Below are positions 19,483 through 30,729 of a DNA stretch of 64,000 nucleotides, piece by piece (position 1 is the stretch's first letter; each line of letters begins with the position of its first letter). Source of the DNA: an uncultured Gemmatimonadales bacterium (lineage in GTDB: Bacteria > Gemmatimonadota > Gemmatimonadetes > Gemmatimonadales > Gemmatimonadaceae); assembly GCA_963850905.1 (NCBI GenBank), contig CAWKMU010000004.1, positions 544,001 to 608,000 on the forward strand, given 5' to 3'. The position numbers were made by a program, and so were the translations under genes. The notes beneath the pieces were generated by a model. That model searched no databases. It was not told the origin of the DNA and saw only the letters and a list, made by a program, of their open reading frames with translations.

Positions 19483-19677
19483 TCGCTCGTTCAACTACCT
19501 GGGTTCAACTCCATCGAGCGCGAACCCAGCAAGCCTGCCGGCCGGCCTTCGCACCGCGAATCGCCGGCCGGCAGCTATATCTCAAGTTGCTAGATCTAGG
19601 GAATGACGGGCGTGACCACTCTGCGCAGGCGCTCAGCGGTGCGAGCGCCGCCTCCGGGCCGGAAGGGGCCACCTCAC

Positions 19678-20028
19678 ATGGCAGCGATAGGCAACGCGAT
19701 ACGTACAGCCCTCCCACACGAGGGCGGACCGCTCCGCAAAGCGATGCGCGATGCCGCGCCAATGTGGGGCTTCAACCCCGGACAATCCATTCGGGTCGTG
19801 GAGTCGGCGTCCCCGGACTATCGTGTGCGGCTCACGTTCAGCGAACGCCGGGCGGGCGAGTTTCTGGTCGAGTACCTCGCCAAGCAGTTCAAAGGATTTG
19901 ACTCACAGTTCGCCCCCGGCGACTGCGACCGATTCGTCGACGGCGGAGCGCTGTGTTGGTCGTTCCCGACTGAAGAGGAGCGCCGCCGTTTCGTCTCAGC
20001 GCTGCACACAGTCGTTGGGATCCAGTGA
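19678..20028 (+). CDS. Hypothetical protein
   Basis: Protein-like composition, fills an intergenic gap; no recognised motif; start uncertain (19603 or 19678). Confidence 0.45.
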   Translation: MAAIGNAIRTALPHEGGPLRKAMRDAAPMWGFNPGQSIRVVESASPDYRVRLTFSERRAGEFLVEYLAKQFKGFDSQFAPGDCDRFVDGGALCWSFPTEEERRRFVSALHTVVGIQ

Positions 20029-20253
20029 CGGCACGACGCACGCGCTCGCTGTAGTTCGCACGGCTTCGGAAGACTCGTCCGTGCCGTCAGCGGCGGCCTC
20101 GTGAAAGTGCTCGAGCGGCCACCGCGCGACGCGCGTCCGCAACCCGGAGTGCGGCACGGCGAGCGAGATCGCGGAGTTTAGCTCCATCGGGAAGGCCTTA
20201 ACATCGCCACGTCACTGATCTGATCGCGTCAACACCATCTCCCACTATATTAT

Positions 20254-20270
20254 ACGCAATATGATTGCGT
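20254..20270. promoter_or_regulatory. OhrR-like inverted repeat upstream of the macA-like gene
   Basis: ACGCAAT-ATG-ATTGCGT in an AT-rich patch; same CAAT-N3-ATTG geometry as OhrR operators. Confidence 0.55.
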
Positions 20271-20290
20271 CCAAAATGTTTAACGGCGTG

Positions 20291-21715
20291 ATGACCGAGC
20301 CAGTTCCAGTTGACGCCGCAGGTGAGACGGCACCACTCGGCGTTCTCGTCGCGCCCCGCCCACCGCTCGTGGTCGACCCGAGGCAGCCAGCCCCGAGTCA
20401 GCCGACTTGGGACCAGCCGGCGCCGGACGAGGCGCCCACTCCCGCCGAGCCGCTGGCCCCTGCCCCGCCGAGAGTGGTTAGCAGAAGGGTAGCGCTGTAT
20501 CGACGACTGCTCGGCTCCCCTCGACGGCTCATTGCGGCCGCGATGATGCTGGTCGTGCTCATTGCCGGACTGCTCTGGTGGAATGCAGCCCGCGCGCCGG
20601 CTGTGCACTACGTGACGGCTCCCGTGACACGGGGCTCCGTCGCCAAAGCGGTCACGGCCAGCGGGACAGTCAACCCCGTCCTCAACATCCTGGTCGGCAC
20701 CTACGTCTCGGGCGTGATCAGCGCGCTCTACTGCGACTTCAATACGACAGTGACGAAAGGGCAGGTCTGCGCCAAGATCGATTCGCGGCCCTACCAGGTA
20801 GTCGTCGATCAGGAGCAGGCCAACGTCACCACGGCCATCGCGCAGCTCGCCAAGGATCAGGCCGCCCTCACGTATGCCAAGCTGTCGTACGATCGATCGG
20901 TGCCGCTCCTCAAGCAGGACTACATCACGGCGGACAGCGTGGACCGAGCAACGAATACCCTCGACCAGGCGGCTGCCCAGCTCAGGGTCGACTCCGCCGG
21001 GATCGTGCAACATCGCGCGGCGCTCGACGCTGCCCAGGTCAATCTGGGCTACACCGACATCGTCTCGCCTGTCAACGGCACGGTCATATCACGAAACGTG
21101 ACCGTGGGGCAGACGGTAGCGGCCAGCTTCACGACGCCGACGCTGTTCGTGATCGGCGAGGACCTCACCAAGATGGAAGTCGACGCCAATGTCAGCGAAA
21201 GCGACATCGGTGCGATCAAGGTCGGCGATACGGCGACTTTCACCGTCGAGGCGTACCCGCAACCGTTCGCCGGCGCGGTGGCCCAGGTGCGCCAGGCGCC
21301 CCAGTCGGTCCAGAACGTGATTACCTACGATGTCGTGATCAATGTCGCCAACCCCGCGTTTCTGCTCAAACCTGGCATGACCGCGACCTGCCGCATCATC
21401 ACGGCTCGACGCGATAGCGTGGTGCGCGTACCGGATCTGGCGCTGCGATACGCGCCGAGTACAGTGGCCGCACAACCCACTGCTGCTGTGCCAGCTGCTG
21501 GCGCGGCCGCTGCGGGAGTGACGGGCGGCGCCACCACTCGCGGGCAGGTCTGGCTCCTTCGCCAGGGCAAGCCCGCGAAGGTATCCGTGATCGTGGGACT
21601 CGACGACGACACGTATTCCGAGGTCCTCCAGGGCACCCTGCAGGTCGGGGACACCGTCATCACGTCCGAACGACGCGCCGCCGCCGCGCCAGCCGCGTCG
21701 CAACCCCGCCTCTGA
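20291..21715 (+). CDS. Efflux periplasmic adaptor subunit (MacA-like)
   Basis: Single TM, ASGTVNP, SPVNGTVISRNVTVGQTVAASF, LKPGMTA. Confidence 0.92.
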   Translation: MTEPVPVDAAGETAPLGVLVAPRPPLVVDPRQPAPSQPTWDQPAPDEAPTPAEPLAPAPPRVVSRRVALYRRLLGSPRRLIAAAMMLVVLIAGLLWWNAARAPAVHYVTAPVTRGSVAKAVTASGTVNPVLNILVGTYVSGVISALYCDFNTTVTKGQVCAKIDSRPYQVVVDQEQANVTTAIAQLAKDQAALTYAKLSYDRSVPLLKQDYITADSVDRATNTLDQAAAQLRVDSAGIVQHRAALDAAQVNLGYTDIVSPVNGTVISRNVTVGQTVAASFTTPTLFVIGEDLTKMEVDANVSESDIGAIKVGDTATFTVEAYPQPFAGAVAQVRQAPQSVQNVITYDVVINVANPAFLLKPGMTATCRIITARRDSVVRVPDLALRYAPSTVAAQPTAAVPAAGAAAAGVTGGATTRGQVWLLRQGKPAKVSVIVGLDDDTYSEVLQGTLQVGDTVITSERRAAAAPAASQPRL

Positions 21716-21733
21716 GCTGACGCGAGAGGCGGT

Positions 21734-23836
21734 ATGCCAGACATCATGATCGACGTGCAGGACATCACCCGCACCTACCATACGGGCGATGTCGATGTCA
21801 AAGCGCTCCGCGGTGTCAGCTTCAGTCTCGAGCGCGGCGAGTTCGTCGCAATCGTGGGACCGTCGGGTTCAGGCAAGTCGACACTCATGTCGATCCTCGG
21901 CTGCCTCGACCGACCCACGAGCGGCCACTACCTGCTCGAGGGAGTCGACGTTGCAACGCTGTCCGAGCCGGAGTTGGCCGCTGTCCGAAGCACGCGGCTG
22001 GGGTTCGTGTTCCAGAGCTTCAATCTCCTGGCCCGAACGAGCGCCATCGAGAACGTCGCGTTGCCGCTGTTCTACTCGACATCGGGCCCGGGAGATCGCG
22101 GGAGCCGTCTTGAACGGGCTCGAGACGCCCTGAAACTCCTTGGCTTGGGCGATCGCGAGGGCAATACCCCGGCGCAGCTCTCGGGCGGACAGCAGCAGCG
22201 GGTCGCCATCGCACGGGCATTGATCAACAGTCCGAGCCTACTACTCGCGGACGAGCCAACGGGAAATCTCGATACCCGTACGTCGCACGACATCATGGAC
22301 ACCCTGGTCGCGCTCAATCGGCAGCATGGCGTGACCATTATCGTGGTCACCCACGAGCAGGACATCGCGGCCTATGCGGGGCGGGTCATCACGGTCCGGG
22401 ATGGGCGTATCGTGTCGGATACACGGACACCCCACCCGAGCAGCGAGTCGGTCGCCTCAGCTGGCGGCGAACCCTCGGCGTTATTCCAGCCGCCGGCAGT
22501 ACTGCAGAAAGTCGAACCACGAGCGCACGTTGGCTTCGGTCTCATGATCGCGAGCGCTGCCATCCAGGCGATCGCTCGGAACAAGCTGCGGTCGGCGCTA
22601 ACCATGCTCGGCGTCTTCATTGGCGTGGCCGCACTCATCGCCATGGTCGCCGTCGGGCAGGGGGCAAACGAAGCGGTCGCCAAACAGATCGCGAGCCTCG
22701 GCTCCAATCTGCTGGTGGTGATGCCGGGCGCCACGACGACCAACGGCGTCCGCGCGGGAAGCGGCAGCGCGTCGACCCTCACCGTCACCGATGCCGAGGC
22801 CATCCGACGCGAAGATGTCGCGGTCGGACAGGTCAGCTATCTCGTCCGTCAGTCGGCACAGGTGGAGTATGGCGATCAAAACTGGACGACCACGGTCCAG
22901 GGCGTCTCCGTCAACTATCCGCCGATCACCAATTGGGAGATTGCATCCGGCCGCGCTCTATCGGACGACGATGAATCGAGTGCCGCGCTCGTCGCCCTGA
23001 TTGGCCAGACCGTGGCCCGCCAACTCTTCGCGCCATCCGAGATTCCGGTCGGGGCCACGATCCTCGTCAAAGGCATACCGGTGAAGGTGCTCGGCGTCCT
23101 GGTCAGCAAGGGCCAGAGCTCGTTCGGGCAGGACCAGGATGATCTCGTGATGATTCCCTTCTCGACTGCCGAGAACAAAGTCCTCGGCGTGGCCGCTCCA
23201 AACCAGCCGCAGACGGCGCTCACCGCGAACTATCCGCCGCCGCAAAATCCGTTCGGCATGAACGCGCGACTGACCGGCTACGTCAACTCGATCTACGTTC
23301 AGGCCGCCTCGCCGATGCTCGTGCAACCGGCGATCGCACAGCTCACCGCGACCTTGGTCCGCAGGCACGCCATCCGACCCGGCGAGGCGCCGGATTTCGC
23401 GGTCCGTAATCTCAGCCAGATCGCCACCGCGGCAGCGGGCAGCAGCCATGTGATGTCCGTGCTCCTGGCGGTCGTCGCGTCCATCTCGCTCCTGGTAGGC
23501 GGCATCGGCATCATGAACATCCTGCTCGTCTCAGTCACCGAGCGGACCCGGGAGATCGGCCTCAGAATGGCCATTGGTGCGCGGCGGATCCAGGTGCTCC
23601 TGCAGTTCCTCGCCGAAGCCGTATTTCTGAGCGTCACGGGCGGCGCCGCAGGGATCATTGCCGGGATCGTGACGTCCAAGCTCATCTCCGTCATCGCCGG
23701 TTGGCCCACCGATATCCTTCCCTCCTCCATTGTCGGAGGGTTTCTCTTCTCGGTTGCTGTCGGGATGTTCTTTGGGTTCTATCCGGCGCGGAAGGCATCG
23801 AAGCTGGATCCGATCGAAGCCCTGCACTTCGAGTGA
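21734..23836 (+). CDS. macB: MacB-like ABC transporter (ATPase-permease fusion)
   Basis: GPSGSGKS, LSGGQQQRV, ADEPTGNLD, GGIGIMNILLVSVTERTREIG. Confidence 0.92.
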   Translation: MPDIMIDVQDITRTYHTGDVDVKALRGVSFSLERGEFVAIVGPSGSGKSTLMSILGCLDRPTSGHYLLEGVDVATLSEPELAAVRSTRLGFVFQSFNLLARTSAIENVALPLFYSTSGPGDRGSRLERARDALKLLGLGDREGNTPAQLSGGQQQRVAIARALINSPSLLLADEPTGNLDTRTSHDIMDTLVALNRQHGVTIIVVTHEQDIAAYAGRVITVRDGRIVSDTRTPHPSSESVASAGGEPSALFQPPAVLQKVEPRAHVGFGLMIASAAIQAIARNKLRSALTMLGVFIGVAALIAMVAVGQGANEAVAKQIASLGSNLLVVMPGATTTNGVRAGSGSASTLTVTDAEAIRREDVAVGQVSYLVRQSAQVEYGDQNWTTTVQGVSVNYPPITNWEIASGRALSDDDESSAALVALIGQTVARQLFAPSEIPVGATILVKGIPVKVLGVLVSKGQSSFGQDQDDLVMIPFSTAENKVLGVAAPNQPQTALTANYPPPQNPFGMNARLTGYVNSIYVQAASPMLVQPAIAQLTATLVRRHAIRPGEAPDFAVRNLSQIATAAAGSSHVMSVLLAVVASISLLVGGIGIMNILLVSVTERTREIGLRMAIGARRIQVLLQFLAEAVFLSVTGGAAGIIAGIVTSKLISVIAGWPTDILPSSIVGGFLFSVAVGMFFGFYPARKASKLDPIEALHFE

Positions 23837-26220
23837 GCATCACCCGACAACGCCTGATACGGGGCTCGACTGTCGGAGCCAAACTGGCACCACCAGTCAC
23901 CAGGGACGATAGCCTGCCGCACGGTCTCACCAGCGACGAAGCGCGAAGGCAGCGTGCGACGTATGGGCCAAATACAGTGCCCGACACCGCGACGCGACCT
24001 TGGCGAATGGCCTTGACCAAGTTTTGGGCACCGGTCCCGTGGATGCTCGAAGCCGCCATCATCCTCCAGGCAGTGCTCCACGAGTATGCCGAAGCGGCGG
24101 TCATCGCCGCACTTCTGGTATTCAATGCTGGTCTCGCGTTCCTTCAGGAGGGACACGCACGGGCGACGCTTGCCGCACTAAAATCGCGGCTCGCATTGAC
24201 GAGCTCGGTGCGACGGGACGGCGATTGGAAGACCATACCGGCTACTGAACTCGTGCCAGGTGACACGGTGAAGCTATCGCTCGGCGGCGTGGTTCCCGCC
24301 GACGTACGCTTGACCGAGGGCTCAATCCTCCTCGATCAGTCCGTGCTCACTGGCGAATCGGTTCCGATCGAAGCAGGGCCGGGACTGCAGACCTATGCAG
24401 GGGCGTTGGTCCGACGAGGAGAAGCGACCGCGATCGTCACCGCGACTGGGGCACGCACGAAGTTTGGACGTACCGCGGAGCTCGTCCGAACCGCCCATGT
24501 CGAGAGTACGCAGCAGAAGACCGTCGTCCGAGTCGTGCGAAATCTGGCCATCGTGAACGGCGTCATCATCGTCCTCCTCGTGGCGTACGCCGAGAGGCGT
24601 CACATGCCGATCGGCGAGATCATTCCACTCGTGCTCACGGCAGTGCTAGCGTCGATCCCCGTCGCGCTGCCCGCGACATTTACTCTGGCAGCGGCGGTGG
24701 GCGCAAACGCCCTGGCGCGGCTCGGTGTGCTCCCAACCCGATTGTCCGCGGTGGAAGAGGCGGCGACGCTGGACGTGCTTTGCTCAGACAAGACCGGAAC
24801 GCTGACTCGCAACGAACTGGCGGTCACCGCTCTCCGTCCTGAGGCTGGCTTCGATGACGCCCGCCTGCTGGCGATGGCGGCGCTGGCCAGCTCTGATGGC
24901 GGACAGGATCCCGTCGACATGGCCATCCGCTCCGCTTCCGGGAAAGGCGACGTCGCCAATCTGCCAAGAGTGACCACGTTCACTCCGTTCGATCCGGTGA
25001 CGAAGATGTGCGAGGCGACAGCGCTGGACGCGAACGGCGGAACGGTGCGGGTTGTGAAAGGTGCCTTTGCAGTGGTTAGCGTGTTGGCCGCCTCGGCGCC
25101 GGCAACAGCCGCGACGGCGCAGGAGCTCGAAGCCAAAGGCTTCCGCGTGCTGGCGGTCGCTGTGGGCACACCGCCCACAGTGCGGCTGGCAGGAATCATT
25201 GCGCTGAGCGACCTCCCTCGCACTGATGCGGCCGAGCTTGTCAATGAGCTGCGCGCGCTGGGCGTGCGCACTGTGATGGTGACCGGCGATGCACGCGCGA
25301 CGGCCGCGATCGTCGCGCAAGCAGTGGGACTCGACGGAGCGATCTGTCCGGCGGGGCCATTCCCTGACAGTGTACGTCCAGAAGACTACGCGGTCTTTGC
25401 CGGAGTCCTTCCGGAGGACAAGTACCGCCTCGTTCAGGCGTTTCAGAAGGGTGGCCACACCGTCGGCATGTGCGGCGACGGGGCGAACGACGCGCCAGCA
25501 CTACGCCAGGCGCAGATGGGCATCGCGGTTTCGACTGCGACGGACGTCGCCAAGTCGGCCGCCGGAATCGTGCTGACGAAGCCTGGACTTGGTGGTGTGG
25601 TGGCCGCAGTGACAGAAGGCCGCGTGACTTTCCAGCGCATCCTGACCTATACGTTGAACACCGTTACGAAGAAGATTGTGCAGATCCTCTTTCTAGCGGT
25701 GGGTCTGATCATTACCGGCCAGGCAATCCTCACCCCCATGTTGATGGTCATTATCATGCTGACCGGCGACTTCCTCGGCATGGCCTTGACCACGGACAAC
25801 GTGAGACCCTCTCCGAAGCCAAATGCATGGCGAGTTGGCAACCTGACAATCGCTGGTGCCTTCATGGGTCTCTGCGAGCTGGCGTTCTGCACCGCCGCAC
25901 TGGTGATTGGCAAGTTCCGCCTGGGTCTTGGCATAGAGGCGCTGAGAAGTCTCGCTTTCGTGGCCATTGTGTTCGGCAATCAAGCAACGACCTACACGAA
26001 TCGCACTCGCTCCCACCTGTGGTCGACCCGCCCAAGCTCGTGGCTGGTACTGTCGTCGGTAGCCGATCTGCTGATTGCCTCAATATTGGCGAATCGGGGC
26101 ATCGCGATGGCGCCACTGCCGGTTTTCGTACTGGGAGGAACACTACTGGGAGCGATCGCTCTCGCGTTTATCGCCGACGTTGGCAAGGTCCCGGTATTCA
26201 ATCGCCTCGGGATCGCCTAG
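23833..26220 (+). CDS. P-type ATPase, plasma-membrane H+-efflux (type IIIA-like)
   Basis: [39 protein letters not shown] overlaps the macB stop (GTGA). Confidence 0.9.
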   Translation: MSITRQRLIRGSTVGAKLAPPVTRDDSLPHGLTSDEARRQRATYGPNTVPDTATRPWRMALTKFWAPVPWMLEAAIILQAVLHEYAEAAVIAALLVFNAGLAFLQEGHARATLAALKSRLALTSSVRRDGDWKTIPATELVPGDTVKLSLGGVVPADVRLTEGSILLDQSVLTGESVPIEAGPGLQTYAGALVRRGEATAIVTATGARTKFGRTAELVRTAHVESTQQKTVVRVVRNLAIVNGVIIVLLVAYAERRHMPIGEIIPLVLTAVLASIPVALPATFTLAAAVGANALARLGVLPTRLSAVEEAATLDVLCSDKTGTLTRNELAVTALRPEAGFDDARLLAMAALASSDGGQDPVDMAIRSASGKGDVANLPRVTTFTPFDPVTKMCEATALDANGGTVRVVKGAFAVVSVLAASAPATAATAQELEAKGFRVLAVAVGTPPTVRLAGIIALSDLPRTDAAELVNELRALGVRTVMVTGDARATAAIVAQAVGLDGAICPAGPFPDSVRPEDYAVFAGVLPEDKYRLVQAFQKGGHTVGMCGDGANDAPALRQAQMGIAVSTATDVAKSAAGIVLTKPGLGGVVAAVTEGRVTFQRILTYTLNTVTKKIVQILFLAVGLIITGQAILTPMLMVIIMLTGDFLGMALTTDNVRPSPKPNAWRVGNLTIAGAFMGLCELAFCTAALVIGKFRLGLGIEALRSLAFVAIVFGNQATTYTNRTRSHLWSTRPSSWLVLSSVADLLIASILANRGIAMAPLPVFVLGGTLLGAIALAFIADVGKVPVFNRLGIA

Positions 26221-28584
26221 AGGATGCTCCACTTCCAGTTCCGGATTTCTGGCAAGTCTTGCCCGTGCCGGTCGATGTATAGCTTGTGTTCGATGAGCTT
26301 GTCCTCCATAGCCTGCTTCAAGTAGTTCCCCTTGGTTCCCAACTGTGGCAACCGATCGACGACGTCCACCACCAGAATGGAAGCGGTCCAGGTCGTTCTG
26401 CACCCGCATGTCGAAGGCCGTGGTGATGGTACCCTCTTCCTTGTAGCCCCGCACGTGGAGGTTGCCGTTGGTCCGGCGGTAGGTGAGCCGGTGGATGAGC
26501 CAGGGGTACCCATGAAAGGCGAAGATGATGTGCTTGTCCTTGGTGAAGACCGCATCGTAATCCGTGTCGCTCAGTCCGTGTGGGTGCTCGCTCTTGGGCT
26601 GCAACTTCATCAGATCGACGACGTTGACCACCCGGATTCTCAGCTCGGGCAAATGCTGACGCAGAATCGAGACGGCGGCCAAAATCTCCAGTGTGGGTGT
26701 GTCGCCACAGCAGGCCATCACCACATCGGGCTCGGCTCCTTGGTCGTTACTCGCCCATTGCCAGATGCCGATACCTTCCGTGCAATGCACGACGGCGGCC
26801 TCCATCGTCAGCCATTGCGGGAGGGCATGTTTGCCTGCCACGACTACGTTGACGTAATGCCGGCTGCGGAGGCAGTGATCCCAGACCGATAGCAGACAAT
26901 TGGCATCGGGCGGGAGGTATACGCGCGCGATATCGGCCTTCTTGTTGACCACGTGGTCGATGAACCCGGGATCCTGGTGCGTGAAGCCGTTGTGATCCTG
27001 TTGCCAGACGTGGGAAGCCAGGAGGTAGTTGAGCGAGGCGATCTTCCGTCGCCAGGGCAGTTCCAACGTGACCTTCAGCCACTTGGCGTGCTGGCTGAAC
27101 ATCGAGTCGACAATGCGTATGAACGCCTCATAGCTGTTGAACAGCCCGTGCCGGCCAGTCAACAGATACCCTTCCAGCCAACCCTGGCACTGGTGCTCAC
27201 TCAGCATTGAGTCCAGCACACGTCCGGCGGGCGCGAGGAATTCATCATTCGCGACCGTTCGGGCGTCCCACTGCCGGTCGGTGACCTCAAAGACGGCACC
27301 CAGGAGATTCGACAGCGTCTCATCGGGTCCGAAGATCCGGAAATTACGCTGCTCCTGATTCAGCTTGGCCACGTCACGAAGGAACCTGCCTAGCACGAGC
27401 GTGTCTTGGGCGTCACCGGCTCCCGGCAATGGGACGTGGACCGCATGGACCCGGAAGTCGGGCATACGCAGATCACGTAGCAGCATGCCGCCGTTGGCGT
27501 GTGGATTGGCGCCCATCCGCCGCGTACCCGTGGGCGCCAGATCGGCCAGCTCCCCTCTCAGACGACCATCGTCATCGAACAACTCTTCGGCCTTGTAGCT
27601 TTTCATCCAGTGTTCAAGCTGCTTCACATGGTCTGGGTGATCGGCATCCACGAGGAGCGGCACCTGGTGCGCTCGGAAGGTGCCCTCGACTTGCAGGCCG
27701 TCGACCACCTTCGGTCCCGTCCAGCCCTTGGGCAATGTGAGCACGATCATTGGCCACCGCGGGCGAGTGCTGTCGTTCTGTTTGCGCGCGTCCCTTTGGA
27801 ATTGTCGAATGCCTTCGATGGCCCTTTCCATGGCAGCGGCCATGAGTTGATGCATTGGTCCGGGCTCGTCACCTTCTACGAAGTAGGGCGTCCATCCGCA
27901 GCCCCGTAGAAATTGCTCCAATTCCTCGTGCTCGATGCGGGCCAGGACGGTCGGGTTGCTGATCTTGTAGCCATTGAGGTGCAGGATCGGCAGCACCGCT
28001 CCGTCTGTAAGTGGGTTGAGAAACTTGGTGGACTGCCATGCGGTTGCTAACGGGCCGGTTTCCGCCTCACCGTCGCCAACAATGCACGCGACGATCAGAT
28101 CCGGATTGTCGAACGCGGCCCCGAAAGCGTGGCTGAGCGAGTACCCCAGCTCACCCCCCTCGTGAATCGACCCCGGTGTCGTCGGTGCAACATGGCTGGA
28201 AATCCCACCGGGAAACGAGAACTGCGTGAACAGTTTTTTCAGCCCGGCTTCGTCCTGACTGATGTTCGGATAAATCTCACTGTATGTGCCCTCGAGGTAC
28301 GTATTGGCCACCAGGGCCGGGCCGCCGTGACCTGGACCGGCGATATAGAACATGTTCAGGTCATACTTCTTGATGATCCGGTTCAAATGCACATAAATGA
28401 AGTTCTGGCCCGGCGTCGTGCCCCAATGACCCACGACCAGCGGCTTCACGTGCGACAAGGTCAGCGGTTCCTTCAGCAGCGGATTGTCGTATAGATAGAT
28501 CTGACCGACGGACAGATAATTGGCTGCGCGCCAGTACGCGTCCATTTTCTGGAGTAGTGCCGGCGTGAGCGTATTGGATTGCAC
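26217..28584 (-). CDS. xfp: Phosphoketolase (XFP family), +1 frameshift near 26376
   Basis: [35 protein letters not shown]. Removing one T joins NDLDRFH to [11 protein letters not shown]...WKW (about 788 aa). Confidence 0.93.
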
Positions 28585-28587
28585 GGT

Positions 28588-29808
28588 CTAAGTGTCCCGC
28601 AGTGAGCCGAGGTCGAGGAGGCGCATGACGCATTGTGCAATCATGAGTTCCTCGTCGGTGTGGATGACCCGTACCATCACGCGACCGGTCTCCGGTGAAA
28701 TCACAGGGGCATTGTCTGCATTGCGCGTCGGGTGCAGTGCGATGCCGAGAAAGCCCAGTCCCTCACAGATCCGCTCCCGGATGATCGGCGAATTCTCGCC
28801 AATGCCACCAGCGAATACCACCGTGTCCAATCCGCCAAGCACAGCAGCGAAGGACCCTAACCACTTCTTCGCCTGATAGCAGAACAGCGCCACGGCTTCC
28901 GCCGCCCGCACGTCACGGCGCTCCCGCACGAGCAGATCCCGCAGATCGGAGCTGATCCCTGAAACGCCCAACAGCCCCGACTTATGGTTCACCATCCGCT
29001 GAAATTGCGCCGGAGTCATCCGCTCGGCGCGCGCGAAGTAGTATGGTAGGCCGGGATCCAGATCTCCCGTGCGGGTCCCCATGACCAATCCTGCCGTGGG
29101 CGTGAAACCCATGCTCGTGTCAACGCTTCTGCCGTCGCGCAGGGCGGCCAGGCTGGCGCCATTGCCCAGATGCGCGAGGATCACACGCCCTCGCGTCGCC
29201 TCGGGATCGAGCTCGGCGAGTTTCTCCATTAGAGAAGCATAGGACAGGCCGTGGAAACCGTAACGCTCGACGCCTTTGGCTGCAAAGCGCCGCGGAATCG
29301 GCAGTAGCTTGGCAACTCGCGGCATGGCGCGGTGAAACGCGGTGTCAAAGCACGCCACCTGCGGGAGCCTTGGATGTCGGCCCAGGATCGCCTCAATCAT
29401 TCCGATTTCGCGCCCCAAGTGGTCGGGGTCGTACGGCACGATGCGGTGCAACGCCGCGAGCAGCTTCGGCGTCACCCGCTCCGGCTCGGAATGCGTCATG
29501 CCATGCACCACGCGGTGTCCCACGGCTTCGACTGACGCGAAGACCCGCTGCGTCCCGAGCCAGTCCAGGAGAAAGTCCACCGCCCCGCGGTGGTCGGCGG
29601 CGGCAACGCGGAGGGGCGCCTGTGGCGTACCAACCGAATCGCCGACGAACAAAGCCGTGCGACTCAAGCCAATGCGATCGATTTTTCCTTCGAGTCGTCG
29701 CCGCGGTGTTCTGCGTATATCGTATACCGCGAATCGGATGCTCGACGAGCCGCCGTTGATCGTCAGGACGGATCGAGTGATCTCGAATGGCAGCGCCCTT
29801 ACGCGCAC
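28588..29808 (-). CDS. ackA: Acetate/propionate kinase
   Basis: INGGSSS, GHRVVHG, FDTAFH, YGFHGLS, HLGNGAS, SMGFTP, GGIGEN, TDEE. Confidence 0.95.
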   Translation of the reverse strand: MRVRALPFEITRSVLTINGGSSSIRFAVYDIRRTPRRRLEGKIDRIGLSRTALFVGDSVGTPQAPLRVAAADHRGAVDFLLDWLGTQRVFASVEAVGHRVVHGMTHSEPERVTPKLLAALHRIVPYDPDHLGREIGMIEAILGRHPRLPQVACFDTAFHRAMPRVAKLLPIPRRFAAKGVERYGFHGLSYASLMEKLAELDPEATRGRVILAHLGNGASLAALRDGRSVDTSMGFTPTAGLVMGTRTGDLDPGLPYYFARAERMTPAQFQRMVNHKSGLLGVSGISSDLRDLLVRERRDVRAAEAVALFCYQAKKWLGSFAAVLGGLDTVVFAGGIGENSPIIRERICEGLGFLGIALHPTRNADNAPVISPETGRVMVRVIHTDEELMIAQCVMRLLDLGSLRDT

Positions 29809-29849
29809 GCCAATGGGCGCGAACGTACTTCAGCAGGGTCGAGGTAATT

Positions 29850-30413
29850 TCACGGCAACCATTGGCTAAGTCCCTGCTCACGGTCGCACCACACGGCGGC
29901 CAACATTTGCTCGGCTCGGATGCTGTTTGGCGGGACAATGTGCCGCCCCCACGCGTCGAACCGCGCGGCAATTAAATGGACCCGTGTGCCAGTCGGCACC
30001 TCGTGTCGGACAATGACGTGAGCTGCATCATGAAAGCCGAGCCGCCCGACAAATCGCTCGATGAGCGAACGCCACGCTCGGTCGGTGAGGCAAGCGGCAC
30101 CGAGCAGTGTCAGTGAGACGTGGTATACCGTCTCGTAATGCGATGCCCGTGCGCCGTCCCGACCTGAGAACTCGGCTTCGAGCGCGCGCACGTCGCGGCC
30201 GAGCATCGTCCCCCCCACAATGACGCCACGCACGACCGAAACGGCGACATTGCGAGCACCTGGTCGCGAGGCCACGCCGAACGCAACCCCCAGTGCGGTC
30301 CGGACGGTCCGCGACTGCTCGAGAGTGAGGCGCACTTCATTGTCCTTGTGGGTCGCGGGCGCTAGCCCGATCCAGTGCCGGCGATCGTCGCGTAGCGCCT
30401 CGCTAGACTGCAC
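29850..30413 (-). pseudogene. Degenerate relaxase/mobilization nuclease domain (MOB-P-like)
   Basis: VYHVSLTL...DRAWRSLIERFVGRLGF...HVIVRHEVPTGTRVHLIAAR. HUH motif is incomplete and there is no N-terminal catalytic Tyr. Confidence 0.6.
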
Positions 30414-30729
30414 GTCGTTTGGCCGTGTGGTGCCACATCACGAAATGGCCCCGAGAACGATCAATCAGTGAATCAACCGCCCGCCACACAAAGGCGCGCC
30501 GAACGAAGAGCCACGGCACGGAGAGCAGCAGCCCAATGACGAGAAACACGGGGCCTTCTTGTTGGTGAGGCGTGATGTCAGGGTCGGACGCTTATCAACG
30601 CATAGGGCGTGCCACGGCTCAGAGCGCTGTGAAGTCTCGCAGGGTTATCGATGTCGGCGGGGCGATCCTGCGTGGGGTGAGCGCGGCGAGCCCCCGGAGC
30701 AGCGGTGCGACATTGGCAGCTGGACCCGA

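Noticed and set aside
20030..20187. Minus-strand fragment resembling the C-terminus of a Zn-dependent alcohol dehydrogenase (LRTRVARWPLEHFHEA)
   Set aside because: Too short and weak to support without a profile search.
30403..30549. 48-aa hydrophobic minus-strand ORF upstream of the relaxase relic
   Set aside because: Weak RBS, no recognisable family, not MobC-like.
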